DNA of 64,000 nucleotides from an uncultured Gammaproteobacteria bacterium. Its GTDB lineage: Bacteria > Patescibacteriota > Patescibacteriia > UBA2591 > UBA6264. The translations under genes were made by a program, and so were the position numbers. Under the pieces are notes generated by a model. The model saw nothing but the letters and a program-made list of their open reading frames with translations. It did not search any database and had not been told where the DNA came from. Location of the stretch: positions 229-64,228 of the forward strand of contig CAZQVF010000004.1 in NCBI GenBank assembly GCA_964596735.1, given 5' to 3'. Shown here piece after piece: positions 19,582 to 29,105 of the stretch (the stretch's first letter is position 1; each line of letters opens with the position of its first letter).

Positions 19582-20171
19582 TAAAAAAACTGTTTGATTT
19601 CTTTTGTTCCCTAATAGGGGTAATTATCCTTTCCCCTATTTTATTAATTATCAGCTTGGCTATAAAATTAGGTTCACCGGGGCCTGTATTCTATCGCGGA
19701 TTAAGAGTTGGAAAAGATAAAAAACCATTTAAAATATTCAAATTTCGGACTTTAGTTATCAATGCTGATAAAATTGGTGGTCCTTCAACCTCTGATGATG
19801 ACCCTCGATTAACTAAAATTGGCAAATTCTTGCGTAAATACAAACTTGACGAATTGCCTCAATTGTTTAATGTTATTAAAGGTGAAATAAGTTTAGTGGG
19901 ACCAAGACCAGAAGTTCCAGAATACGCTAAATTATATAAAAACGAAGAACAAATTATTTTTAAAGTGAAGCCAGGGATAACTGACCTGGCTTCTCTTTGG
20001 AATGCTGATGAGGGAGCTATTTTAAAAGGTAGCTCTGACCCAGAAAAAACATATTTAGAAAAAATCAGGCCAGAGAAAGTAAGATTACAAATAAAATATG
20101 TTAAAGAAAGATCTTTTGTTGGAGATTTAAAAATAATCTTTAAAACATTAAAAAAAATACTTAATAGGTAA
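19578..20171 (+). CDS. Small polyprenyl-phosphate sugar-phosphate transferase (Bac_transf / PglC-WbaP C-domain type)
   Basis: A single N-terminal TM, then SPGPVFYRGLRVGKDKKPFKIFKFRTL ... DELPQLFNVIKGEISLVGPRP, the hallmark of PF02397. Confidence 0.75.
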   Translation: MIKKLFDFFCSLIGVIILSPILLIISLAIKLGSPGPVFYRGLRVGKDKKPFKIFKFRTLVINADKIGGPSTSDDDPRLTKIGKFLRKYKLDELPQLFNVIKGEISLVGPRPEVPEYAKLYKNEEQIIFKVKPGITDLASLWNADEGAILKGSSDPEKTYLEKIRPEKVRLQIKYVKERSFVGDLKIIFKTLKKILNR

Positions 20172-20173
20172 TT

Positions 20174-21157
20174 ATGCCCAACTCTAAATATTCTAAAAAT
20201 TTTCTTTTAGGGCTTTATAAAAAAATGCTTCGTATTCGCCTGCTTGAAGAAAGCTTTGTTGAACCAATTATTAAGGGTGAAATTAAAACTCCTTGTCATC
20301 TTTATTCTGGAGAAGAAGCTATTGCCGTGGGCATTTGTGCTAATCTTAACAAAGCGGATGTATTATTTGGTAACCATCGCTCGCATGGTCATTATTTAGC
20401 CAAAGGCGGAGATATGAATAAATTGACCGCCGAAATTTTTGGTAAAATAACTGGTTGTTCAAAGGGCAGAGGAGGGTCTATGCATGTTACTGATCCTAAA
20501 AATGGTATACTTGGGTCAATTCCTATTGTTGCCGGAACTATTTCCTTAGCTGTCGGGGCAGCCATGGCTATAAAAAATAGAAATCAAAAAAGAGTGGCCA
20601 TTAGTTTCTTTGGCGACGGAGCCACAACCGAGGGCCTACTTCATGAATCTTTAAACTTTGCCGCTCTGCAAAAATTACCTATTATTTTTGTTTGTGAAAA
20701 TAATTTCTATGCCACTCATATGCCGATTAAAGAATGTTCTGCCAATACTAATCTTTATAAGTTGGGTCAACATTTTATGCCTTCTATTAGAATAGATGGT
20801 AATGATGTTTTAAAAGTACTTGAGGGAAGTAAAAAATTAATTAAAGACGCTAAAAACAACAAAGGCCCTGCTTTTATTGAATGTCTAACCTATAGACAAA
20901 GAGGTCATGTGGGCCCAGACGACAATATCCAGGGCGAGCACACTGATATTAGAGGAGAAAAAGAAGTTAGAGCTTGGTTTAAGAAAGATCCTATTAAAAG
21001 ATTTGAAAAATATCTTTTAAATAAGAAGGTTTTAAATAAAGCGGAAAAACAAAAAATTTATCAAAAAATAAATAAAGAAATTGCCCAAGCCTACCAATTT
21101 ATGAAGAAAAGTCCTTATCCAAAGAAAAGCGACCTGTTAAAACATATTTATGGCTGA
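20174..21157 (+). CDS. Thiamine-diphosphate-dependent dehydrogenase E1 component, alpha subunit
   Basis: ThDP-binding GDG...N motif (FFGDGATTEGLLHESLNFAALQKLPIIFVCENNFYA); YRQRGH. Confidence 0.75.
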   Translation: MPNSKYSKNFLLGLYKKMLRIRLLEESFVEPIIKGEIKTPCHLYSGEEAIAVGICANLNKADVLFGNHRSHGHYLAKGGDMNKLTAEIFGKITGCSKGRGGSMHVTDPKNGILGSIPIVAGTISLAVGAAMAIKNRNQKRVAISFFGDGATTEGLLHESLNFAALQKLPIIFVCENNFYATHMPIKECSANTNLYKLGQHFMPSIRIDGNDVLKVLEGSKKLIKDAKNNKGPAFIECLTYRQRGHVGPDDNIQGEHTDIRGEKEVRAWFKKDPIKRFEKYLLNKKVLNKAEKQKIYQKINKEIAQAYQFMKKSPYPKKSDLLKHIYG

Positions 21158-22151
21158 CAAAAAAGCAAAAAAAAGACTTCTCAGTTATAGCCTAGCTATT
21201 AATGAAGCGACTCACCAAATGATGAGTCAGAATAAATCTGTTTTTATTATTGGTCAAGGAGTTAAAAGCCCTTGGTATGTTGGTAATACTTGTCAAAATC
21301 TTTTAGAAAAATTTGGCCCTAAACGGGTTATTGATACGCCCATTGCTGAAAATGCTATCACTGGTGTTGGTGTCGGGGCTGGCATTGCCGGAGCTCGTGC
21401 CATTGTCGTTCATCCGCGTATTGATTTTATGCTCTACGGATTAGATCCGATTATTAATGAAGCGGCTAATTGGCGTTATATCTTTGGTGGTCAATCAACC
21501 GCTCCAGTAATTATTCGAGGAATAATCAATCGAGGAGGAGAGCAAGGAGCCCAACACTCCCAAACCTTACAAGGAATTTTTGCTCAGGTTCCAGGGCTAA
21601 AAGTAGTAATGCCAACTACAGCCTATGATGCCAAAGGTTTGTTAATTTCAGCTATTAAAGGCAATGACCCTGTGGTCTACATTGAAGATCGCTGGCTTTA
21701 TGAACAAAAATGCCACGTGCCTAAAAAAATATATACTGTCCCAATTGGTAAAGCAAAAATTAGAAAAAAGAGCAAAGGTATCACTATAATTGGCATTTCT
21801 TATGCAATGCTGAATACGCTTGAGGCTGCCAAAGAATTAAAAAAACAGAAAATTGATGCTGAAGTGATTGATGTTCGTACTATAAAGCCATTAGATATAA
21901 ATTTAATTATTAATTCAATTAAAAAAACAGGAAAAGTAGTTATTGTTGAAGCAGACTGGAAAACTGGCGGAGTTTCAGCCGAAATTGCTGCACAAATTTC
22001 AGATAAAGCATTCTCATATCTTAAAAAACCAATAAAAAGAATTTGTTTACCCGATTCCCCTGCCCCTACAAGTAAAACATTGGAAAAAGCATATTACGAT
22101 CATATTTCAACTAATAATATTATTAAAACAGTTAAAAAATTAATAAAATAA
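21150..22151 (+). CDS. ThDP-dependent dehydrogenase E1 component, beta subunit (transketolase-like)
   Basis: Transketolase pyrimidine-binding and C-terminal domains (VIDTPIAENAITGVGVGAGIAGARAIV ... DVRTIKPLD). Confidence 0.75.
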   Translation: MADKKAKKRLLSYSLAINEATHQMMSQNKSVFIIGQGVKSPWYVGNTCQNLLEKFGPKRVIDTPIAENAITGVGVGAGIAGARAIVVHPRIDFMLYGLDPIINEAANWRYIFGGQSTAPVIIRGIINRGGEQGAQHSQTLQGIFAQVPGLKVVMPTTAYDAKGLLISAIKGNDPVVYIEDRWLYEQKCHVPKKIYTVPIGKAKIRKKSKGITIIGISYAMLNTLEAAKELKKQKIDAEVIDVRTIKPLDINLIINSIKKTGKVVIVEADWKTGGVSAEIAAQISDKAFSYLKKPIKRICLPDSPAPTSKTLEKAYYDHISTNNIIKTVKKLIK

Positions 22152-22153
22152 AT

Positions 22154-23269
22154 ATGCACAAAGTACCTTTTGTAAACTATCCCCTACATTATCAATCAAT
22201 GAAAAAAGAAATTGATGCGGCTATAAAAAGAGTTTTATCTAAAGGTGATTTAATACTCCGTGATGATGTAAAAAAATTTGAAAACAGTATCGCCTCGTTT
22301 CTAGGAGTCAAATATAGTGTAGGTGTAAATAGCTGTACAGATGCTTTAATTTTTTCATTACGAGCCGCTGGTATTAAAAGAGGTGATGAAGTTATAACCG
22401 TTTCTCATACTTTTCTTGCAACCATAGCCGCCATTGTCCACTGCGGGGCCAAACCCATCCTAATTGAAGTTGGAGATGATTACAATATGGACGCAGACGA
22501 GATAGAAGCGGCTATTACAAAGAAGACAAAAGCCATTCTTCTGGTTCATTTTAATGGTCGGGCTTGTAATATGAAAAAAATAATGAACCTTGCCAAAAAA
22601 CACAACCTAAAAGTAATTGAAGATGCGGCTCAATCTCTCGGGGCTACTTTTAATAAAAAAATGGCTGGTTCTTTTGGTCTCTCAAGTTGTTTTAGTTTTT
22701 ATCCGGCAAAAATACTCGGAACATTTGGAGACGGTGGAATGGTGTGTACAAACAACAAATCTTTTGCTCAAAAAATTATTCTTTTAAGAGATCATGGAAG
22801 AGAAACTAAAGACAAGATAGCTTGTTATGGGTTTACTAGTCGTCTAGACAATTTGCAGGCCGCTATTCTTAATGTGAAATTTAAATATTTTTCTGCTTGG
22901 ATTAAAAAACGTAGAAAATTAGCCGCTGTTTATAATCAAGGATTATCAGGAATAAAAGAAATTAAACTTCCTCCGTCTCCTCAAACAAAAGGGCCATTCT
23001 TTGATGTATACCAAAACTATGTAATCCGGGCCAAGAAAAGAAATAAGCTTGCTTTGTGCTTAAAAAATAAAGGGATTGAAACAATTATTTCCAGCCCTAT
23101 TCCAAATCATAAACAAAGGGCATTAAAAGACCTACATCATTTTCATCTTCCAAAAACAGAACAAATGGCAAAAGAGGTTATTTCTCTTCCCTTATATCCT
23201 GAATTAACCAATATGCAAATAAAATACGTTATTCAAGCTGTCCGCGAGTTTTATAAAAATAAGAACTGA
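22154..23269 (+). CDS. DegT/DnrJ/EryC1/StrS-family PLP-dependent sugar aminotransferase
   Basis: Full-length DegT architecture (CTDALIFSL ... VITVSHTFLAT ... FSFYPAKILG ... LPLYPEL). Confidence 0.8.
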   Translation: MHKVPFVNYPLHYQSMKKEIDAAIKRVLSKGDLILRDDVKKFENSIASFLGVKYSVGVNSCTDALIFSLRAAGIKRGDEVITVSHTFLATIAAIVHCGAKPILIEVGDDYNMDADEIEAAITKKTKAILLVHFNGRACNMKKIMNLAKKHNLKVIEDAAQSLGATFNKKMAGSFGLSSCFSFYPAKILGTFGDGGMVCTNNKSFAQKIILLRDHGRETKDKIACYGFTSRLDNLQAAILNVKFKYFSAWIKKRRKLAAVYNQGLSGIKEIKLPPSPQTKGPFFDVYQNYVIRAKKRNKLALCLKNKGIETIISSPIPNHKQRALKDLHHFHLPKTEQMAKEVISLPLYPELTNMQIKYVIQAVREFYKNKN

Positions 23270-23284
23270 TAAACGGTAATTCCT

Positions 23285-24442
23285 ATGAGAAAAACATTTT
23301 TATCATTTTCCCCTCCTTTAATTGGCCAGGAAGAAATTAAACAAGTTGTTAAAACGCTTAAGTCTGGCTGGTTAACTACTGGACCAAAAGCTAAAAAATT
23401 TGAAAGAAATTTTGCCAAGTTTGTTGATGCTAAATATGCCGTTGCCACCAACTCCTGCACTGCCGCTCTTCATCTTTGTTTAAAAATCATTGGTGTTAAA
23501 AGCGGTGATGAAGTTATTGTTCCCACAATGACTTTTGCGGCCACTGCTGAGGTTGTTGAACATCTTAATGCCAGACCCGTTTTAGTTGATATTAGACCCG
23601 ATACTTTAATTATCGACCCGAAACAGATTGAAAAAGCCATTACTAAAAAAACCAAAGCTATTATTCCGGTTCATCATGGTGGTCAAGCCGGTGAAATTGA
23701 TAAAATCCTTAAAATTGCCAAAAAATATAAGCTAAAAGTTGTTTGGGACGCGGCCCATGCTTTGCCCACAAAGTATAAAGGAAAAATAATTGGAAGCTTT
23801 CCTGATTTAACTTGCTTTAGTTTTTATGTCAATAAAACTCTAGCAGCTGGCCAAGGAGGAATAATAACAACTAATAATAAAAAATGGGCTGAACAAGCGC
23901 GTCTATTAAGTTTTCACGGTATTAATACAAATCCTTGGAAGCGTAGTACTGTGGGTTCTTGGTATTATGAAATTATCACTCCAGGATTTGAATGTAATTT
24001 AACTGATATTGCTGCTTCTTTAGGCTTAGTCCAGTTAAAAAGAGTTAATTCTTTTTTACAAAAAAGAAGAAGAATTGCCCAAGCATATAACCAGGCTTTT
24101 AAAAATTTAAAAGAGATTGACATTCCTGTTATTGGAAAAAACACTAAACCTTGCTGGCATCTCTATGTTATTCAATTAAACCTTAATAAATTAAAAATAA
24201 ATCGTAATCAATTTATTCAAGAATTAAAAAAACGAAACATTGGCTTTAGTGTACACTTTATCCCCTTGCATCTACACCCGTATTATAGGGAAAAATATGG
24301 ATATAAGGCTAATGATTTTCCTCATGCTTATGCTGCCTATAAACGAATAATTTCTCTACCTATTTATCCTAAAATGACTCAAAAGGATATTCGAGATGTT
24401 GTCTGGGCCGTCAAAGACATTGTTAAAAAATTTAAAAAATGA
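23285..24442 (+). CDS. DegT/DnrJ/EryC1/StrS-family PLP-dependent sugar aminotransferase (second copy)
   Basis: ATNSCTAALHLCL ... VIVPTMTFAATA ... FSFYVNKTLAAGQGG ... LPIYPKM. Confidence 0.8.
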   Translation: MRKTFLSFSPPLIGQEEIKQVVKTLKSGWLTTGPKAKKFERNFAKFVDAKYAVATNSCTAALHLCLKIIGVKSGDEVIVPTMTFAATAEVVEHLNARPVLVDIRPDTLIIDPKQIEKAITKKTKAIIPVHHGGQAGEIDKILKIAKKYKLKVVWDAAHALPTKYKGKIIGSFPDLTCFSFYVNKTLAAGQGGIITTNNKKWAEQARLLSFHGINTNPWKRSTVGSWYYEIITPGFECNLTDIAASLGLVQLKRVNSFLQKRRRIAQAYNQAFKNLKEIDIPVIGKNTKPCWHLYVIQLNLNKLKINRNQFIQELKKRNIGFSVHFIPLHLHPYYREKYGYKANDFPHAYAAYKRIISLPIYPKMTQKDIRDVVWAVKDIVKKFKK

Positions 24443-26322
24443 GTATAAAAAATAAAATTTTCACTAATATAGCTTTGAAAAGAACCATCTTCTTTTTATT
24501 AAGCGATGTTGTTTTAATTGGACTAGCTTGCTGGCTGGGTTTTTTGCTTCGTTTTGATGCAAGTATTCCTCAAAAATATTTTTTAATGATTAAAGCATTT
24601 ATTGTTTTTTGCATCCCTGTAATCATTTTTTTCTTTTTCTTAGAAAAACTTTATTCTATTTCTTGGACATTTATTAGTGTTACTGAGCTCTTTAAACTAA
24701 TCAGAGCCGTCATCATCAGTTTTTTAATCATTGGTGGTATCATATATCTTTTACGTAGCCAGCAAACAGTTTTTTCTGGGTTTCCTCGTTCAATCCTTTT
24801 TATTACCTTTAATCTTGTTCTTGGATTTACTGGGGCCTTACGTTTTGCTAAAAGAATTTATCTCCACGGATTTCAAAGAATTAGTCGAAATGGAAAAAAC
24901 ACCAAAAAAGGTAAGCCTATTCTAATTATTGGGGCCGGCGGAGCAGGAGAACAATTAGCTCGACACATTGTCTCTTCCTCTAATACTCCTTATTCTTTAA
25001 TCGGCTTTATTGATGACAGTCCCGTGAAACAAGGAATTTTAATTCATGGTATTAAAACTTTGGGAAAAATTAAGGATTTACCAAAAATTGTTAAAGAACA
25101 TCAGGTTAAAGAAATTATTATCGCCATGCCTTCTGTCTCTCGAAAAATTATTAAACAGACTGTTAATTTGTCTCGCAAGGCTGGTGTGCAAAAAATAAAA
25201 ATATTGCCAAGTACTGAACAAATTCTAGCAGAAAGAGTTAGTTTAAGTAATTTACGTGATATCTCTATTGAAGATTTACTCGGCCGAGAATCAGTAAAGA
25301 TAGACATGCGTGCTATTCAAAGCTATATTACTGGAAAAACTATCTTAATAACGGGAGCGGCTGGTTCAATTGGTTCTGAATTGTGCGAACAAGTCTTAAA
25401 ATTTAAGCCAAAAAGATTAATTGCCTTAGACCAAGGTGAAACTGGCATTTTTCATTTAGAAAGAAATTTAAATAAAGCGTTTCCACAAATTCAAAAGTCA
25501 TTTATTCTCGCTGATGTTTACGACCAAAATAAAACAAATCAAGTGTTTCATAGTCTTAAACCTGAAGTTGTTTTTCATGCTGCCGCCTACAAACATGTGC
25601 CTGTAATGGAAGCCAATCCTGAAGAGGCAATTAAAAATAATGTTTTTGGAACATTGACACTTGGTAAGGCTGCTTTAGAGAACAATGTTGAAAAATTTGT
25701 GATGATCTCTACTGACAAGGCAATTAATCCCACCTCAATAATGGGAGCAAGCAAACGAATTTGTGAAATGATCTGTGTTTGGCTTAATAAACAAAATAAA
25801 ACAAAATTCTGTGCGGTCAGGTTTGGCAATGTTTTAGGTAGCCAGGGAAGCGTTGTTCCTATTTTTGAAAAACAAATAAAAAAGGGTGGTCCTGTTGAGG
25901 TAACCCACCCTGAAATGAAAAGATATTTTATGGTCACAGCTGAATCTTGTCTCTTGGTCATGCAAGCCGGGGCCATTGGCCAGGGTGGTGAAGTTTTTGT
26001 CCTTGATATGGGTCAACCAATTAAAATTGTTGATTTAGCCAGGGAAATGATCCGCTTAGCAGGCTATCAGCCCGATGTTGACATTCCTATTGTTTTTACT
26101 GGAATCAGACATGGAGAAAAATTATTTGAGGAAATCATGACAGATAAAGAAACCCCGACTAAACATGAAAAAATATTTATTGCTCAACTCTCACAAATCA
26201 ATGAAGAAAAGCTGATTCAGTGTTTAGAAAGCTTTAAGCAGGCCCTTGAAAAAATTGATAAAGCTGCTATAATAAATACATTAAAAGACCTTGTTCCTAT
26301 GTATGAAACAGGTAAAAAATAA
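24439..26322 (+). CDS. Membrane-anchored nucleotide-sugar 4,6-dehydratase (PglF/CapD/WbpM family)
   Basis: Four N-terminal TM helices, a CoA-binding-like linker, and a Polysacc_synt_2 SDR domain (ILITGAAGSIGSEL ... YKHVP ... ISTDKA). Confidence 0.8.
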   Translation: MSIKNKIFTNIALKRTIFFLLSDVVLIGLACWLGFLLRFDASIPQKYFLMIKAFIVFCIPVIIFFFFLEKLYSISWTFISVTELFKLIRAVIISFLIIGGIIYLLRSQQTVFSGFPRSILFITFNLVLGFTGALRFAKRIYLHGFQRISRNGKNTKKGKPILIIGAGGAGEQLARHIVSSSNTPYSLIGFIDDSPVKQGILIHGIKTLGKIKDLPKIVKEHQVKEIIIAMPSVSRKIIKQTVNLSRKAGVQKIKILPSTEQILAERVSLSNLRDISIEDLLGRESVKIDMRAIQSYITGKTILITGAAGSIGSELCEQVLKFKPKRLIALDQGETGIFHLERNLNKAFPQIQKSFILADVYDQNKTNQVFHSLKPEVVFHAAAYKHVPVMEANPEEAIKNNVFGTLTLGKAALENNVEKFVMISTDKAINPTSIMGASKRICEMICVWLNKQNKTKFCAVRFGNVLGSQGSVVPIFEKQIKKGGPVEVTHPEMKRYFMVTAESCLLVMQAGAIGQGGEVFVLDMGQPIKIVDLAREMIRLAGYQPDVDIPIVFTGIRHGEKLFEEIMTDKETPTKHEKIFIAQLSQINEEKLIQCLESFKQALEKIDKAAIINTLKDLVPMYETGKK

Positions 26323-26327
26323 CCACT

Positions 26328-27272
26328 ATGGACTATCATCAATCACAATCTCAACAACATAGTCAACAAGTTAAATCTTCTTATGAAGAAGAAATTAACT
26401 TAAGAGACTATTTACAAACGATTTGGAAAAGGAAAATGAGCATTATTGCTGTTTTCTTAATAATTGTTATTCTGGGTGGAATCTTGACTTATTTTGTTTT
26501 ACCAAAAATTTATGAGAGTACATCAATTTTAAGAATAGGAAAAATTAGTGGCGAGCACATCGAAACACCCGAACAAACAGAAGTCATTATTTCTACGCTT
26601 ACTATTAATAGAGAAATAATGAGGAGATTAGATTTATTAGAGTTACCCAAAAAATCTAAAATACCAGAAGAGATAAGAATAACAAATAAAATTGATGACT
26701 TTCTAAAGGTTAAAACAACTGCCTCTACTCCTGAAAGAACGCTGGCTTTAAATGAAATTACTAATGAGATTATAATAGAGAGGCATACTGACTTAGCAAC
26801 CCAGGCTCAACTTGCTTTAAAAGAAAGTATTGAACAGATCCAAAAACAAACTAAAGACACTGAAATAGCCATGGCTGAAACATCAAAAAGAATAGAAACA
26901 GTTAACCAAGAGGCTGATAGTATTTTAAAAAAAGTAGAAGAATTAGACAAAGCTTCTACTGAAGGACAGGGTCGGGTTGTTCAGGGGTATTTAAATGCTT
27001 GGCAAGATACAAAGGCTCGAATAGGAAGTGAACAGACAAAACATGACCAGCTTAAAAACAAATTGGAAGCATTAAAAAATTCTCTGCGTGGAAAACAGAT
27101 AGAACAGGCCTATCAAGAACAGCCTACTAGCATAGAAGTTGGGCCTGCCTTGGCTAGTGGTCCGGTTAAACCAAATAAACAATTAAATTGGGTAATCACG
27201 ATTATTATCGCCTTCTTTGTTAGTATTATCTACGGTTTCATGGCCGAATATTTTAGCAAAGAAAAAGTTTAG
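26328..27272 (+). CDS. Wzz-like polysaccharide chain-length determinant protein
   Basis: The N-terminal Wzz motif (DYLQTIWKRKMSIIAVFLIIVILGGILTYFVLPKIYESTSIL), a long coiled-coil region, and a C-terminal TM. Confidence 0.6.
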   Translation: MDYHQSQSQQHSQQVKSSYEEEINLRDYLQTIWKRKMSIIAVFLIIVILGGILTYFVLPKIYESTSILRIGKISGEHIETPEQTEVIISTLTINREIMRRLDLLELPKKSKIPEEIRITNKIDDFLKVKTTASTPERTLALNEITNEIIIERHTDLATQAQLALKESIEQIQKQTKDTEIAMAETSKRIETVNQEADSILKKVEELDKASTEGQGRVVQGYLNAWQDTKARIGSEQTKHDQLKNKLEALKNSLRGKQIEQAYQEQPTSIEVGPALASGPVKPNKQLNWVITIIIAFFVSIIYGFMAEYFSKEKV

Positions 27273-27292
27273 AATAAAGAATTAATAATATA

Positions 27293-27325
27293 AAAGGACC
27301 CGTTTAAACGCGGGTCCTTTTTTTA
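27293..27325. terminator. Bidirectional rho-independent terminator between the convergent wzz-like and recA genes
   Basis: GGACCCG-tttaaacg-CGGGTCC hairpin flanked by an A-run on one side and a T-run on the other. Confidence 0.6.
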
Positions 27326-27342
27326 TATAACTATCTAACTAT

Positions 27343-28353
27343 TTACTTCTCCTCTTCTTTAATAGCTTTTAAAATATCTTTTTTTAATTGCTGGGCTAAT
27401 TTCTTATCCTCTCTTAAGCTTTGTTTGGCTTTTTCCCAACCGACTCCAAGCTTATTCTCTCCATAACTTAAAGTATTTCCTGATTTCTTAACCAAGCCAT
27501 GTTTGGCTCCTAAATTTAACAAATCTCCGGCCCAAGAAATACCTTCATCATACATAATCTCAAACTCACAAACTTTAAATGGCGGAGCTACCTTATTCTT
27601 AACAACCTTGACCTTAACCTTATTGCCAATAACATCATCACCTTTTTTCATTTGAGCTAGACGTCTGAGTTCTATTCTAACTGAGGAATAAAATTTTAAA
27701 GCCAAGCCGCCTGTTGTCGTCTCTGGATTACCAAAATAGATTCCAATTTTCATTCGAATTTGATTAATAAAAATTACCGATGTATTAGTCTTACTAACAA
27801 TACTAGTTAGTTTTCTAAGGGCTTGGGACATAAGACGAGCTTGCAATCCCATTTGAGCATCTCCCATATCTCCTTCGATTTCTTTTTTTGGCGTTAAAGC
27901 CGCCACTGAGTCAATAACAATAATATCAACCCCATTAGAACGAACCAAGGTTTCAACAATTTCTAAAGCTTCTTCAGCACAAGATGGTTGAGAAATTAAG
28001 AGATCATTAACCTTAACCCCTATTTTTTTAGAATATTCTGGGTCTAAAGCATGTTCAGCATCAACAAAAGCGGCAATTCCACCTTTTTTCTGGGCTTCAG
28101 CAATCATATGAAGAGCTAAAGTAGACTTACCAGTCATTTCATTTCCAAAAATCTCAATCACCCGACCCCTGGGAATTCCCCCCACTCCTAAGGCTAAATC
28201 TAATGATAAACACCCTGTAGAAATCGCCTCTACCTGCATTTTTTTAGCCTCTCCGAGCTTCATAATAGTTCCTTCACCAAAACGTGACTTAATCTGCTCA
28301 ACAGCCGCTTCAGTCGCTTTTTGGCGCGGAGATATATCTTTTTGTTTATTCAT
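27343..28353 (-). CDS. recA: Recombinase RecA
   Basis: [23 protein letters not shown] (Walker A) and strong full-length RecA similarity. Confidence 0.95.
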   Translation of the reverse strand: MNKQKDISPRQKATEAAVEQIKSRFGEGTIMKLGEAKKMQVEAISTGCLSLDLALGVGGIPRGRVIEIFGNEMTGKSTLALHMIAEAQKKGGIAAFVDAEHALDPEYSKKIGVKVNDLLISQPSCAEEALEIVETLVRSNGVDIIVIDSVAALTPKKEIEGDMGDAQMGLQARLMSQALRKLTSIVSKTNTSVIFINQIRMKIGIYFGNPETTTGGLALKFYSSVRIELRRLAQMKKGDDVIGNKVKVKVVKNKVAPPFKVCEFEIMYDEGISWAGDLLNLGAKHGLVKKSGNTLSYGENKLGVGWEKAKQSLREDKKLAQQLKKDILKAIKEEEK

Positions 28354-28400
28354 ATAAATATTTATTAATGTTTATATTATATATCATTAAAGGCAATTTT

Positions 28401-28429
28401 ATTATATAAAGAAAAAACTACAAAGTCAA
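28401..28429 (-). promoter_or_regulatory. Candidate sigma70-type promoter for recA
   Basis: On the minus strand: TTGACT - 17 nt - TATAAT, about 45 nt upstream of the recA ATG. Confidence 0.45.
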
Positions 28430-28430
28430 C

Positions 28431-29096
28431 TTATTTAATTATTTCTTTTTCCAATACTATTTGGCGATAAATAATTTTTTCTTTAGAATATTTCTTTTTA
28501 GCTGATATTTCAATTTGATTTAAACCAATTAAAAGATCTATTTTTTGTTCAAAAAATCCTTCCTCTGTTTGTTCCACTGGCTGGTTGTTAATAAAAATAG
28601 TCGCCCGAGGATTAGTTTTACCTTTAATTGTTAAAGATGAATTTGTTGTCACCATATCTTCAGCTGGATAAAAAATTTTAATCTCCGGACTAAATAAAAC
28701 ATTTTTAATGCCAAAACCTAAATAGAATAAAATTAAACAAAAAACTATCAAAATTAAAATAATCTTGAATTTAAACTGACTTAATTGAAACATTTCCTTT
28801 ATCTTGCTTCTCGGTTTTTTAAGTTCTCTTTCTCCATGATTATACTTTTCATCCCATTGACTAAGTATTTTTTCAAAATCTAATTTTAAAAACTCAGCAT
28901 AACGTTTTAAAAACCCACGAGCATAAGTTGGGCTTGGTAATTTATAAAAATCATCTGCCTCTAAAGATTCTAAATATTTAACCTCAATACTAATCTCCTT
29001 GGCTACCTCTTTTAAATCCAATTCTTGAGAAAGACGAGCCTTTTTTAAAAGCCCGCCTAGGGTATTTATTTTAATTTCTCGTTTAGTAAAACTCAT
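28431..29096 (-). CDS. RodZ-like protein (N-terminal HTH, one TM, C-terminal extracytoplasmic domain)
   Basis: XRE-type HTH (LGGLLKKARLSQELDLKEVAKEISIEVKYLESLE), a TM (ILILIVFCLILFYLGF), and a C-terminal beta-rich domain. Confidence 0.55.
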   Translation of the reverse strand: MSFTKREIKINTLGGLLKKARLSQELDLKEVAKEISIEVKYLESLEADDFYKLPSPTYARGFLKRYAEFLKLDFEKILSQWDEKYNHGERELKKPRSKIKEMFQLSQFKFKIILILIVFCLILFYLGFGIKNVLFSPEIKIFYPAEDMVTTNSSLTIKGKTNPRATIFINNQPVEQTEEGFFEQKIDLLIGLNQIEISAKKKYSKEKIIYRQIVLEKEIIK

Positions 29097-29105
29097 TTTT
29101 GTTCT

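Noticed and set aside
1-27300. Mobile element, prophage or CRISPR content in the glycan locus
   Set aside because: No transposase, integrase, recombinase, phage structural gene or direct-repeat/spacer array was found. The locus reads as a contiguous co-directional biosynthetic operon with short overlaps.
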